Shown here piece after piece: positions 1 to 13,362 of a DNA stretch of 64,000 bases (within the stretch, counting starts at the first letter, position 1; every line of letters starts with the position of its first letter). Both the position numbers and the translations under genes were made by a program. Under the pieces are notes generated by a model. That model worked only from the letters and a program-made list of their open reading frames with translations. It did not search any database and was not told the origin of the DNA. Origin of the DNA: Eledone cirrhosa (taxonomy: Eukaryota); contig OZ024755.1 of the NCBI GenBank assembly GCA_964016885.1, positions 42,470,001 through 42,534,000 on the forward strand. Direction: 5' to 3'.

Positions 1-2243
1 GTCACACATGTCTAGGGCGGTGGACTGACAGTCATGTCTAGGGCGGTGGACTGACAGTAATTGGTAGAGTGTCACACATGTCTAGGGCAGTGGACTGACA
101 GTAATTGGTAGAGTGCCACACATGTCTAGGGCAGTGGATTGACAGTAATTGGTAGAGTGTCACACATGTCTAGGGCGGTGGACTGACAGTAATTGGTAGT
201 CACACATGTCTAGGGCAGTGGACTGACAGTAATTGGTAGAGTGTCACACATGTCTAGGGCAGTGGATTGACAGTAATTGGTAGAGTGTCACACATGTCTA
301 GGGCGGTGGATTGACAGTAATTGGTAGTCACACATGTCTAGGGCAGTGGACTGACAGTAATTGGTAGAGTGTCACACATGTCTAGGGCAGTGGATTGACA
401 GTAATTGGTAGAGTGTCACACATGTCTAGGGCAGTGGACTGACAGTAATTGGTAGAGTGTCACACATGTCTAGGGCAGTGGACTGACAGTAATTGGTAGA
501 GTGTCACACATGTCTAGGGCAGTGGATTGACAGTAATTGGTAGAGTGTCACACATGTCTAGGGCAGTGGACTGACAGTAATTGGTAGAGTGTCACACATG
601 TCTAGGGCAGTGGATTGACAGTAATTGGTAGAGTGTCACACATGTCTAGGGCAGTGGATTGACAGTAATTGGTAGAGTGTCACACATGTCTAGGGCAGTG
701 GACTGACAGTAATTGGTAGAGTGTCACACATGTCTAGGGCAGTGGATTGACAGTAATTGGTAGAGTGTCACACATGTCTAGGGCAGTGGATTGACAGTAA
801 TTGGTAGAGTGTCACACATGTCTAGGGCAGTGGATTGACAGTAATTGGTAGAGTGTCACACATGTCTAGGGCAGTGGACTGACAGTAATTGGTAGAGTGT
901 CACACATGTCTAGGGCAGTGGATTGACAGTAATTGGTAGAGTGTCACACATGTCTAGGGCAGTGGGTTGACAGTAATTGGTAGAGTGTCAGACATGTCTA
1001 AGGCAGTGGATTGACAGTAATTGGTAGAGTGTCAGACATGTCTAGGGCAGTGGATTGACAGTAATTGGTAGAGTGTCACACATGTCTAGGGCAGTGGACT
1101 GACAGTAATTGGTAGAGTGTCACACATGTCTAGGGCAGTGGACTGACAGTAATTGGTAGAGTGTCACACATGTCTAGGGCAGTGGACTGACAGTAATTGG
1201 TAGAGTGTCAGACATGTCTAGGGCAGTGGACTGACAGTAATTGGTAGAGTGTCACACATGTCTAGGGCAGTGGACTGACAGTAATTGGTAGAGTGTCAGA
1301 CATGTCTAGGGCAGTGGACTGACAGTAATTGGTAGAGTGTCACACATGTCTAGGGCAGTGGACTGACAGTAATTGGTAGAGTGTCACACATGTCTAGGGC
1401 AGTGGATTGACAGTAATTGGTAGAGTGTCACACATGTCTAGGGCGGTGGATTGACAGTAATTGGTAGAGTGTCACACATGTCTAGGGCAGTGGATTGACA
1501 GTAATTGGTAGAGTGTCACACATGTCTAGGGCAGTGGATTGACAGTAATTGGTAGAGTGTCACACATGTCTAGGGCAGTGGATTGACAGTAATTGGTAGA
1601 GTGTCACACATGTCTAGGGAGGTGGATTGACAGTAATTGGTAGTCACACATGTCTAGGGCAGTGGATTGACAGTAATTGGTAGAGTGTCACACATGTCTA
1701 GGGCGGTGGATTGACAGTAATTGGTAGTCACACATGTCTAGGGCAGTGGATTGACAGTAATTGGTAGTCACACATGTCTAGGGCAGTGGATTGACAGTAA
1801 TTGGTAGAGTGTCACACATGTCTAGGGCAGTGGGTTGACAGTAATTGGTAGAGTGTCACACATGTCTAGGGCAGTGGATTGACAGTAATTGGTAGTCACA
1901 CATGTCTAGGGCAGTGGGTTGACAGTAATTGGTAGAGTGTCACACATGTCTAGGGCAGTGGATTGACAGTAATTGGTAGTCACACATGTCTAGGGCAGTG
2001 GATTGACAGTAATTGGTCGAGTGTCACACATGTCTAGGGCAGTGGGTTGACAGTAATTGGTAGAGTGTCACACATGTCTAGGGCAGTGGATTGACAGTAA
2101 TTGGTAGTCACACATGTCTAGGGCAGTGGATTGACAGTAATTGGTAGAGTGTCACACATGTCTAGGGCAGTGGGTTGACAGTAATTGGTAGAGTGTCACA
2201 CATGTCTAGGGCAGTGGGTTGACAGTAATTGGTAGAGTGTCAG
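1..2243 (+). repeat. 44-bp minisatellite (~50 copies, open at window edge) related to the SINE 5' head
   Basis: Unit GTCACACATGTCTAGGGCAGTGGA(C/T)TGACAGTAATTGGTAGAGT; resembles the SINE start AGGGCGGTGGATTGGCAGTATCAGTAGAGAGTCGGAC at 4392. Confidence 0.95.
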
Positions 2244-2356
2244 TCCTTAACTAGGTTAAAAATATTTTAGAATTATAAATATAGAAATCCTCTACATTTA
2301 TCATATTTTATGTATTGAAAACAAAGAGGGAAAGAAAAATAGACAGAGAAATATAA

Positions 2357-2370
2357 CACACACAGACAGA

Positions 2371-2430
<60 letters not shown>

Positions 2431-2490
2431 CGCACGTGTGCAGCCACAAAGCCACACACACACACATGCAGCCACATACACACACACACA
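2357..2490. repeat. (CA)n microsatellite
   Basis: Direct inspection. Confidence 0.95.
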
Positions 2491-2784
2491 TTATATCTAT
2501 CTCCATGTGAAACTGGGACAAGTTCTGGATTTCTTCCAACAGAATCATGGAAAAATGGATCATCATCATCATTTAATGTCTGTATCTTCACAGATTGGGT
2601 TAGTACTCAAGTGGGGCTACTGATCTCACAGACAGGCTCTCATATATAGACCCACCTTCTACTAGGTATATTTTACCATGATACCAGCTATAACTAACGT
2701 TACTTCCATTCACTTTTTGATAAACAAATACATAGCAACATCTCAATGTACACAGATTTGTACAGTAACTCTACAAACTGGGAC

Positions 2785-2880
2785 GAAGGAGGCAAAGAAG
2801 AAGAAGAAGAAGGCAAAGAAGAAGAAGAAAAGAAGAAGGAAAGAAGAAGAAAAGAAGGAGAAGGAAAGAAGAAGACAGAA
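2785..2880. repeat. (GAA)n-like purine-rich tract
   Basis: Direct inspection. Confidence 0.85.
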
Positions 2881-2958
2881 TCTAGGAATGAAGTTGTTAA
2901 CATCTGACATTGTTGCTAGACTGGTGTTAGACAGGTTAAAAACATGGCATAAAATTAC

Positions 2959-3041
2959 CTGTAAAGTGTGTTTTCAATTTCTTCGAGTGGAGCATCAACA
3001 TCGGTGGGCTCCTCATCGGTGAGAGATTCAAAGAAATCATG
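2959..3041 (-). CDS. Gelsolin-like coding exon 10 ([28 protein letters not shown])
   Basis: ttttag acceptor, gtaatt donor, 83 nt; acidic G2-G3 linker ending in LY(R), as expected at the start of G3. Confidence 0.8.
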
Positions 3042-3206
3042 CTAAAAAGGAAATCAGTTATCGGTCATGGAAATCTTACAACATTTATTACACATCATCA
3101 TTTAACGTCTATCTTCCACACTAGCATGGGTTAGACAGGAATTGTCCCACTTGAGGCAAGTTTGGTCGGGTGACCGTGTCTCGCTCAGACAGGACTGTCT
3201 CTGGCA

Positions 3207-3253
<47 letters not shown>

Positions 3254-6200
3254 TCATCATCATCGTTTAACGTCTATCTTCCACGCTAGCATGGGTTAGA
3301 CAGGAATTGTCCCACTTGAGGCAAGATAAGCCAGGAACCTGCATCTTCTTACACTCTATTAAGTGCTCAGACAGGCTTCCGGCTCTGTATTTTGTTTACA
3401 TACATTCCTACACACAACCAACTGTTTTTAATCATAGCATCAGTACTATGAAGGTTGTCATGTCATTGACACAGCTGAAGATTCCTCCCTGTTTGCTAGG
3501 TTTTCTACAGCTGGATGCCATTCCTATTACTAAACACATTATTATGGCTAAATGATGAATCTTGCTACTCTGTTTCACAGGATCATCAGACAAGGCAGAT
3601 ATATATGTAGATAACAATTGAAACCATCAGAAATTTATAAACTTACAGAGGAGCGAGTATCATCTCGTTCTAAAGTCTCAACTTCAACTGGGCTTCTCTC
3701 AGATTTCAGTTCTTGCAAAAATTGTACGGCCTAAAAAGGAAGGAAAATAAACATTTTTATGGGGAACATATATTGTTGAGAAATAGTTGTCATGACAACC
3801 ACTAAGGCATTTATGAATGGGTAATGAGAACTACAAACTATTCAGATAAAATATGAAACTTGGATGAGTGAGCCATGCTAGTTGAAATGGCTATTTTAAT
3901 GCACTTCCCTTACCCTCCAGGGGAGTGGTTTCCAACCTTTTGTGCACCATGACCCACCTCAACATCTCAAAAATTGACACCACCCCACCACACCTCCCTT
4001 TAATATGAAAATTTGAATTTTGTACTTAATTTTGTAGAAATTGATATATGGGTGGTGCCAGATACACAAGTGGCAAAGGGGAGACAAATCTAACAGTAAT
4101 GTGTACCTAAATTGCTTTGGTTGAAAAATAAGGTAAAAACATTAAGTTTGTTCTCATTAACATAATTTCCAAATTGCCCCCCTTAAATAGTCAAATTGCT
4201 CCCTTGTGGGGTTGCACCTGACATTGGGAATCACTGCTCCAGGGTATTGCTTTCTCCATTCTGTCTACTGTGACCATGAGGTGACTTTTCCCTGGAGTTT
4301 TACCAGACAGTGGTCTCCTTGCTCTGGCATGTATTAGACTAGCAATGATATCAACACATACAGACATTTCTAAAAGATCTACATTATTGAAAGGGCGGTG
4401 GATTGGCAGTATCAGTAGAGAGTCGGACGCCATACTTTTCAGCAAAGAGTTACGGCCCTTTATGGTCTGAGTTCAAATCCCGCCGAGGTTAACTTTGCCT
4501 TTCATCCTTAACGGGTCGATAAAATAAAGTACCAGTAATACACTGGGATAATTACTGGCCTTGTGCCAAAAGTAGAAACAATTATTGGAAGGAATACTGA
4601 ATAAACGAGTTATTTAATGCAATCAATATCAAAAACACTAAAATGAAATATTTTTTTGTTTTCTTCATTGGTAGCCAAAGGTGAAATTTTTAATCTTTAA
4701 TTAGCTACCAATGCTTCCAGCTCCTTTGCTACATCTTCCTCGAGTATAATAGGTACACTTCAGGTGACACAGAATTTATCTGAGGCATTAGGTATTAATT
4801 TAACAGAAGCTTGCACTCCTTTGATAGTCAGAAGAAATGATTCAACACTGCAAACTGTTTCAACATTCAGAAGGTCGCGACTAGGAGACCATATTTTCGG
4901 CAGCATTTAATTACTTTGAAAGTATGGAGCAATTGTTGACCTTCTCAGTAAGATAAACGTCACCAATGTGATGTCCATCATACGATTTGTACGAAGAATG
5001 TAGTTTTGTTATAGTCACACCAATGTCATATGACGCTTTAGAAAAGATAGTGTTGCAGGGTGGGCCCATATCATGCATCATGCATCATGTCAACCATGTG
5101 ACCATTGAGGGACAGACAGGTTCAAATATTGGTTTTTCAGCTGTATGACAGATAAGAGACATCATTCATCAACATTTTAAGTTAGAACATTCGTTAATTC
5201 ATGCTACAAACACCATCTTAATAATTGTTTCTACTTTTGGCACAAGGCCAGCAATTATCTCAGTGCATTACTGGTACTTTATTTTATCGACCCCGTAAGG
5301 ATGAAAGGCAGAGTTAACCTCGGCGGGATTTGAACTCAGACCATAGTAACTCTTTGCTGCAAATCATGGCGTCTGACCCTCTACCAATACTGCCAATCCA
5401 CCTCCCTAAACACCATCTTAATAATGACAAATTTAGTTATATCACTAACTCCCTCCAAATTATTTGTTTTCAAGACTATTTGAAAGGTTGTGAATTTCAT
5501 TGGAAATAAGTTAATGGCTCTCAGCATCAAATTCTTTGGCTTTCTTTACAGTTCGTTAAATGTCAAAGTAATGGTGAGAAAATTACTAATTAGATGTTGA
5601 ATTAATGATGAGAGAATTACTAATTAGATGTACAGTATCACACGCGACTGTGATTGGTCTGTAGTACATCTTATTGATTTGTTTTTATTAGTCCAAATCC
5701 TGACTAATCAATGCCACAAAGTCCTGTTATCTCTCAAGACAAACAGATTTGCATTTTGCTAGAGTTATTTCCCCTGAACAACCATTTAGATACATTCTGA
5801 ATTGCGTTGTTGAAACTTCGTTAGTCGATGATTCAGACTGAAATATTTATCGCCACAGTAAATATAGGGGACACATTATACATGGTGAACTTAATGAGCA
5901 GAAGAGTCTTGTCAAAGTGTTAGGTTTCCTCAAAATAGCCAATATCAACCACCAAGAGTTGACCCACGGGTTGACTGGGCCTTCCTTATACAGGTTTCTG
6001 CTTTATATATCAGTTAATATTGTTTATTTTATATTGAGCTTAGGTTAAAAGATGAGTCTCTGTGGGTGGTGCCAGTTTATGTACCAAACAAGGAGTCTGA
6101 ATACAGGTCCTTCCTTGATGAAGTCACTGCATCGTTAGATGTAGTTAAGACTGAGTCAATTATCCTGATGGGAGATTCCAGTACACATGTTGGCACTGAC

Positions 6201-9200
6201 CACCCGACATGGTAAGGAGGGTGTGGAAGGAATGGCGACCTCAATCTAAATACAAATGGAGAGGCCTTGCTAGACTTCTGTTCTAGCAATGGACTCTTTA
6301 ATTGAGAGGCCTTGCTAGACTTCTGTTCTAGTAATGGAATCTCTATTGGAGAGGCCTTGCTAGACTTCTGTTCTAGTAATGGAATCTCTATTGGAGAGGC
6401 CTTGCTAGACTTCTGTTCTAGTAATGGACTCTCTATTGGAGAGGCCTTGCTAGACTTCTGTTCTAGTAATGGAATCTCTAATAGAGAGGCCTTGCTAGAC
6501 TTCTGTTCTAGTAATGGAATCTCTAATAGAGAGGCCTTGCTAGACTTCTGTTCTAGTAATGGAATCTCTATTGGAGAGGCCTTGCTAGACTTCTGTTCTA
6601 GTAATGGAATCTCTAATAGAGAGGCCTTGCTAGACTTCTGTTCTAGTAATGGAATCTCTATTGGAGAGGCCTTGCTAGACTTCTGTTCTAGTAATGGAAT
6701 CTCTATTGGAGAGGCCTTGCTAGACTTCTGTTCTAGTAATGGAATCTCTAATAGAGAGGCCTTGCTAGACTTCTGTTCTAGTAATGGAATCTCTAATAGA
6801 GAGGCCTTGCTAGACTTCTGTTCTAGTAATGGAATCTCTATTGGAGAGGCCTTGCTAGACTTCTGTTCTAGTAATGGACTCTCTATTGGAGAGGCCTTGC
6901 TAGACTTCTGTTCTAGTAATGGACTCTCTATTGGAGAGGCCTTGCTAGACTTCTGTTCTAACAATGGAATCTCTAATAGAGAGGCCTTGCTAGACTTCTG
7001 TTCTAACAATGGAATCTCTAATGGAGAGGCCTTGCTAGACTTCTGTTCTAGCAATGAAATCTCTGTTATAAACACCTTCTTCCAGCACAGAGACATCCAT
7101 AAAAATACATGGTATATGTATCAGGGATAGAAATCAATAATTGATTTTATAATTGTCTCTGATCTCTTTGATTCTGTGATGGTTGTTTGTGTTAAGAGAG
7201 GGGCTGAGCTGTCAACAGATCACCATCTAGTTGTCTGCAAGTTGAGACTAACTAAAGCCCACAAAACTGGATAAATGGGGAAGTTTATTCTGTTGATTTA
7301 TTTATTTACTTAATTTTGTAGATGTCTGGAGTTGATGAGGGGTCAAGTATTCCAGGAAGGGGTCAGCAGTCAAAAACATTTGGAGATCCTTGTTAGAAAT
7401 AGCAAGTTACAAAGTAAATATCCAGGGCATTGACAAGTCAACAGGTGAGTCTCGACTGGCTAAAAACAGTAGCTAAATCTCCTTCAAAATACTCTACAAA
7501 AGAGTTTCCCAAACTTTCTTGGACTAATCTTTCTCCTATGTTTTAACCCTTTAGTATTTACATTACTCTATATATACTATTGTATTAACCCTTTAGTATT
7601 TACATTACTCTATATATGCTATTGTATTAACCCTTTAGTATTTACATTACTCTATATATACTATTGTATTAACCCTTTAGTATTTACATTGCTCTATATA
7701 TGTACTATTGTATTAACCCTTTAGTATTTACATTACTCTATATATGCTATTATATTAACCCTTTAGTATTTACATTACTCTATATATACTATTGTATTAA
7801 CCCTTTAGTATTTACATTACTCTATATATATATACTATTATCAAAGGCGATGACACACGACCGTGATCTCTGGCGTCACGCAGTAATACAGAGTACCCGA
7901 CCTCCCATGGGTACAAGCTGAAGCATATAGACAATATGCCCCCACACCCTCCCACTGCAAGGTGGTCGTGGAGGTGTCACGGCAAAAAAGCACCCAGCAC
8001 TCACTGTAAATGATGTTGGTGTTAGGAAGGGCATCCAGCTGTAGAAATCAAGCCAAATCAGTTCCTGTATGAGCAAGGCATGGTCAGCTGACCAGACACT
8101 GCCCACAACAGGACAACCCGTCTAACCCATGCTAGCGTGGAAGAACAGACATAAAACGGTGATGATGATGATGATGATGATACTATTGTATTAACCCTTT
8201 AGTATTTACATTACTCTATATATACTATTGTATTAACCCTTTAGTATTTACATTACTCTATATATACTATTGTATTAACCCTTTAGTATTTACATTACTC
8301 TATATATACTATTGTATTAACCCTTTAGTATTTACATTACTCTATATATACTATTGTATTAACCCTTTAGTATTTACATTACTATATATATACTATTGTA
8401 TTAACCTTTTAGTATTTACATTACTATATATATACTATTGTATTAACCCTTTAGTATTTACATTACTATATATATACTATTGTATTAACCCTTTAGTATT
8501 TACATTACTATATATATACTATTGTATTAACCCTTTAGTATTTACATTACTCTATATATACTATTGTATTAACCCTTTAGTATTTACATTACTATATATA
8601 TACTATTGTATTAACCCTTTAGTATTTACATTACTATATATATACTATTGTATTAACCTTTTAGTATTTACATTACTCTATATATACTATTGTATTAACC
8701 CTTTAGTATTTACATTACTATATATATACTATTGTATTAACCCTTTAGTATTTACATTACTCTATATATACTATTGTATTAACCCTTTAGTATTTACATT
8801 ACTATATATATACTATTGTATTAACCCTTTAGTATTTACATTACTATATATATACTATTGTCTCACATAATTATTTCACATAATATCGAATCTACGAGAT
8901 TTTGATGTTATTTATTTTGAGAACAATACAATACCTTAACATAAGTAAGAGCAGCCGGTTACAGCTGGTTTGAACAGAAAGAGGTAAGTGAATTCTGGCC
9001 GGATATGACTGGTTTGAATGTTAAAGGGTTAAAGACTATAATTCCATCAGCATCCACTGCCCAGGTTGCAGAGGAATGACAGAAGCAATAGAGCATCGGA
9101 CAGCATACTTTGCAGCATTTAGTTACAGCCTTTTATGTTCTGAGTTCAATCCCACTTAGGAGGGTCGATAAAATATATTACCAGTAATACACTAAGGTCG

Positions 9201-11434
9201 ATTTAATTTATTTTCCCCCCTACCCTTCAAATTACTAACCTTGTGTTAAAAGTAGAAAGAATTATTTAATTGATAAGCTATTTTACAGTATCTTCACTCA
9301 TGAGCACACCATTCTATTAATTATTTAAGTATTTACCTAATATTGACATTCAAGCAACTAGTATTTTCTCCTCCACCAATGTTTGCCTCTTAACCCTTTA
9401 GCATTTACATTACTCTATCTATACATATATATAAAACTGTTGTTGTCTGTGTGTGTGTGTGTCCCCTCATTTTTGCAAAGTCTATACAAATCCACATTTC
9501 TACTCCGATTGACTTCAAACTTGCATTTATATATTCCTTGCGATCTAAAGATATTAACTGCAGCTTTTATTTTTCGATTTTCTGTTGTTAAAGGGGTGTT
9601 AGGCACCGGTTATCGATCTCCGTCACTCCCTCATAATATTTGTCTGTATGCCTGGCTGTCTGCATTACGACATTGTGACGAACATTGATGACGTATTCAT
9701 CATCATCATCATCATCATCATCGTTTAACGTCCGTGTTCCATGCTTGCATGGGTTTGGACGGGAGTTTTCCCACTTGAGGCAAGAGTGGTTGTCTTGCTC
9801 GCATAGGACTGTCTGGCGGGTTTTCTACAGTTGGATGCCCTTCCTAACACCAACCACATTTACAGTGTGGGACTGGGAGGTTTTTACCGTGTTGCCTACA
9901 CGGCCACATTACAGCGTGGACTGTCTGACAGGTTTTCTACAGCTGGATGCCCTTCCTAACACCAACCACATTTACAGTGTGGGACTGGGACGTTTTTACC
10001 GTGTTGCCTACACGGTCACATTACAGCGTGGACTGTGTGTTTTTTTTTTTTTTCGTGACACCTACACGATCTCATTTGTTTCGGCCTGGATGTTGTGGGA
10101 CCAACATAACTGTATTATGTTCGCTATTTTCCGTTCATTGCCAGGGAACATCTTCACGAACCAAAATATCGTCTTCCTGTTTTCCTTTGGTTGCAACGTT
10201 TTTCGAAATATTTACTTCTGCATTCACAGATTGATTTTTTTAGTTTCAGAAGATCCCGTTAAGGGTGAAAGCAGCGATTCTTTGCTTAAACTTTAATCTG
10301 TTATTTTAATATATAATATAAGCGAGGCAAGCCAGCCCAGTTGCCACTTCTTGCCAATAAACATTAACCCTTTGTGCGCCATTCATCTAACTGTAGACCA
10401 ACAAATACCAACTAGAGAGAAAGAGTAACTTAGTGGAAAGATTGCGAATGAACTTTTGAGGCAAGTAGCCTACGCCTTACTGCTATTGCACTGGAACCTT
10501 CTGCCAACTTAACCTGTGACTTTCTCTTTCACATTTACTCCAATAGGTCAAAACAGAGGAGTATGAAAAGAAGGGGTTCAACAATATTTCTATGAACAAT
10601 GCACGTAGACAGCTAAACTGTACTTTCAACTTATTAATTTTCTCAAAATAAAACAAGTTTCCTGTCGATATATTTCTGTGAGTTTTTAACAGGCACTCAC
10701 AAACAAACGTTTCTCATTGGAGGTGCTATTACCAATGTTCTTACCTGTGCAATGCCGGGATACACTGCTAGTATTGTATTTTCACAGTAAAAACTTTATC
10801 TTACATAATTATCTCACACGATATCGAATCTATGAGATTTTGATATTATTTATTTTGAGAACAATATCTTAACATGAGGGGACAATTACGGCCGGTTTGA
10901 ACAGAAAAAGGCGAGAGGATGCTGGCTGAATATGACCAGTTTAAATACTAAAGGGTTAAACTCCTTACCAATCCCAAACCTTCCAGTAAAAAAGATTAGT
11001 AATGACAATATTACCTTAAAGCGTTCATCTTTGTTGGAGTTAACAGTGTTCATCTGGTAGATAACCTGACCCTTATCCAGGATAAACACATCATCATCGT
11101 TCAAACAACTTATATGTTTGGGAACCTGAAACAAATTTAACAACATATATAACTAACAACCATTTTAAGATGTTTTTCCCCACCAGAGCAGGGATATTTT
11201 CTACTCAATCATTACAAGATGCCAACAGTTAAATATGCAACAGTATTTTAGTATAACTGACTGCATCAAGTTAAAAAGTGAAGTCTTTATGATGATACTA
11301 CAAATTTTCACAACAATCTAGTAAAGATGTTATAAACATTTGAATTATTAACCCATGCTAGCATGGAAGATGGACATTAAACGATGAGGATGATGATGTT
11401 TTACATATTTTCTGTTAAATCATTGCAGGTTGTG

Positions 11435-11488
<54 letters not shown>

Positions 11489-11809
11489 GTATGTATAATT
11501 CGTTTTTGAATTTGTTTTGCGAGATTTCTTATCTGAAAACGTGTGTTGAAACAGATAATGTTATACTTTGGGAGGGTCGTGTTGCCAATAAGAAACACAT
11601 GCACCTGTTGCTTTTCACTTCAATTTATTATAAATTTTCGGTTGGTTGGTTGGTTCGATAACCGGAAGGTTGTTTATTTATTGTCAAAGCTCTTTCGTCA
11701 CACATTCTGTAACCTCAGTGATTAGGCTTATATTTTGTGCATCTCCCCTTTGTTCTATCCTACAGTATCTTCAAGTATAACAATGACCCTCCCAAAGTAT
11801 AACAATTTA

Positions 11810-11841
<32 letters not shown>

Positions 11842-12614
11842 CTAATATATATATATATATATACACTAATTATATATACTAATATATATATATATATATA
11901 TATATACTAATATATATACATATGGAGGCATATGGCTTAGTGGTTAGCGCATTGGTTTTGCAATCGAAAGGTTGTGAGTTCAATTCTCGGACCGGGTGAT
12001 GTGTTGTTTCCTTGAGCAAGACACTTTATTTCACATTGCTCCAGTTTACTCAGCTGTAGAAATGAGATGATAGGGACTGGGGTCCATATCATTCCACTGC
12101 AAAGTGGTCGTGGAGGTGCCACGGCAAAAAAGCACCCAGCACTCACTGTAAATGAGGTTGGTGTTAGGAAGGGCATCCAGCTGTAGAAATCAAGCCAGAA
12201 TCAGTTCCCGTCCCACCCTTGCAAGCAGGGAAAACTGGACGTAAAATGAAATGAAAATGATGATATATATACACAGTGGATATACTTCCTCCGAGATGTA
12301 CCTTGGAGGAGTCCAGCTAAACCTGCATAGGTGTGAGCTGTCACACACACACACATAGGTGTGAGCTGTCACACACACACACACACACACACACATAGGT
12401 GTGAGCTGTCACACACACACACAGGTGTGAGCTGTCACACACACACACATAGGTGTGAGCTGTCACACACACACACACACACACAGGTGTGAGCTGTCAC
12501 ACACACACACACACAGGTGTGAGCTGTCACACACACACACGTGTGAGCTGTGACACACACACACACACACACATAGGTGTGAGCTGTCACACACACACAC
12601 ATAGGTGTGAGCTG

Positions 12615-12649
<35 letters not shown>

Positions 12650-12713
12650 TGAGCTGTCACACACACACACACAGGTGTGAGCTGTGACACACACACACAT
12701 AGGTGTGAGCTGT

Positions 12714-12744
<31 letters not shown>

Positions 12745-13092
12745 GTGTGAGCTGTCACACACACACACAGGTGTGAGCTGTCACACACACACACACATAG
12801 GTGTGAGCTGTCACACACACACACACACACACACAGGTGTGAGCTGTCACACACACACACAGGTGTCAGCTGTGACACACACACACACACACATAGGTGT
12901 GAGCTGTCACACACACACACACAGGTGTGAGCTGTCACACACACACACACAGGTGTGAGCTGTCACACACACACACACACACACACAGGTGTGAGCTGTC
13001 ACACACACACACACAGGTGTGAGCTGTGACACACACACACACACACATAGGTGTGAGCTGTCACACACACACACACATACAGGTGTGAGCTG

Positions 13093-13143
<51 letters not shown>

Positions 13144-13202
13144 TGAGCTGTCACACACACACAGGTGTGAGCTGTGACACACAGACACATAGGTGTGAGC
13201 TG

Positions 13203-13236
<34 letters not shown>

Positions 13237-13328
13237 GTGTGAGCTGTCACACACACACACAGGTGTGAGCTGTCACACACACACACACAGGTGTGAGCTG
13301 TCACACACACACACATAGGTGTGAGCTG

Positions 13329-13362
<34 letters not shown>

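Larger units (their letters stand above)
9394..10955 (+). mobile_element. piggyBac-like MITE M1 split by a Helitron
   Basis: TTAA-CCCTTTAGCATTTACATTACTCTA at 9390; the body resumes at 10772 and ends AAAGGG-TTAA at 10955-10959. Confidence 0.82.

Noticed and set aside
2301-2591. DSVGRNPELVPVSHGDRYN as the next gelsolin exon
   Set aside because: I found no phase-2 AG acceptor and no G3 motif (LSD..G, DVFILD); the next exon probably lies outside the window.
11924-11997. Possible tRNA gene
   Set aside because: A and B boxes are present, but there is no proper acceptor stem and the sequence runs on into a SINE body and LINE tail.
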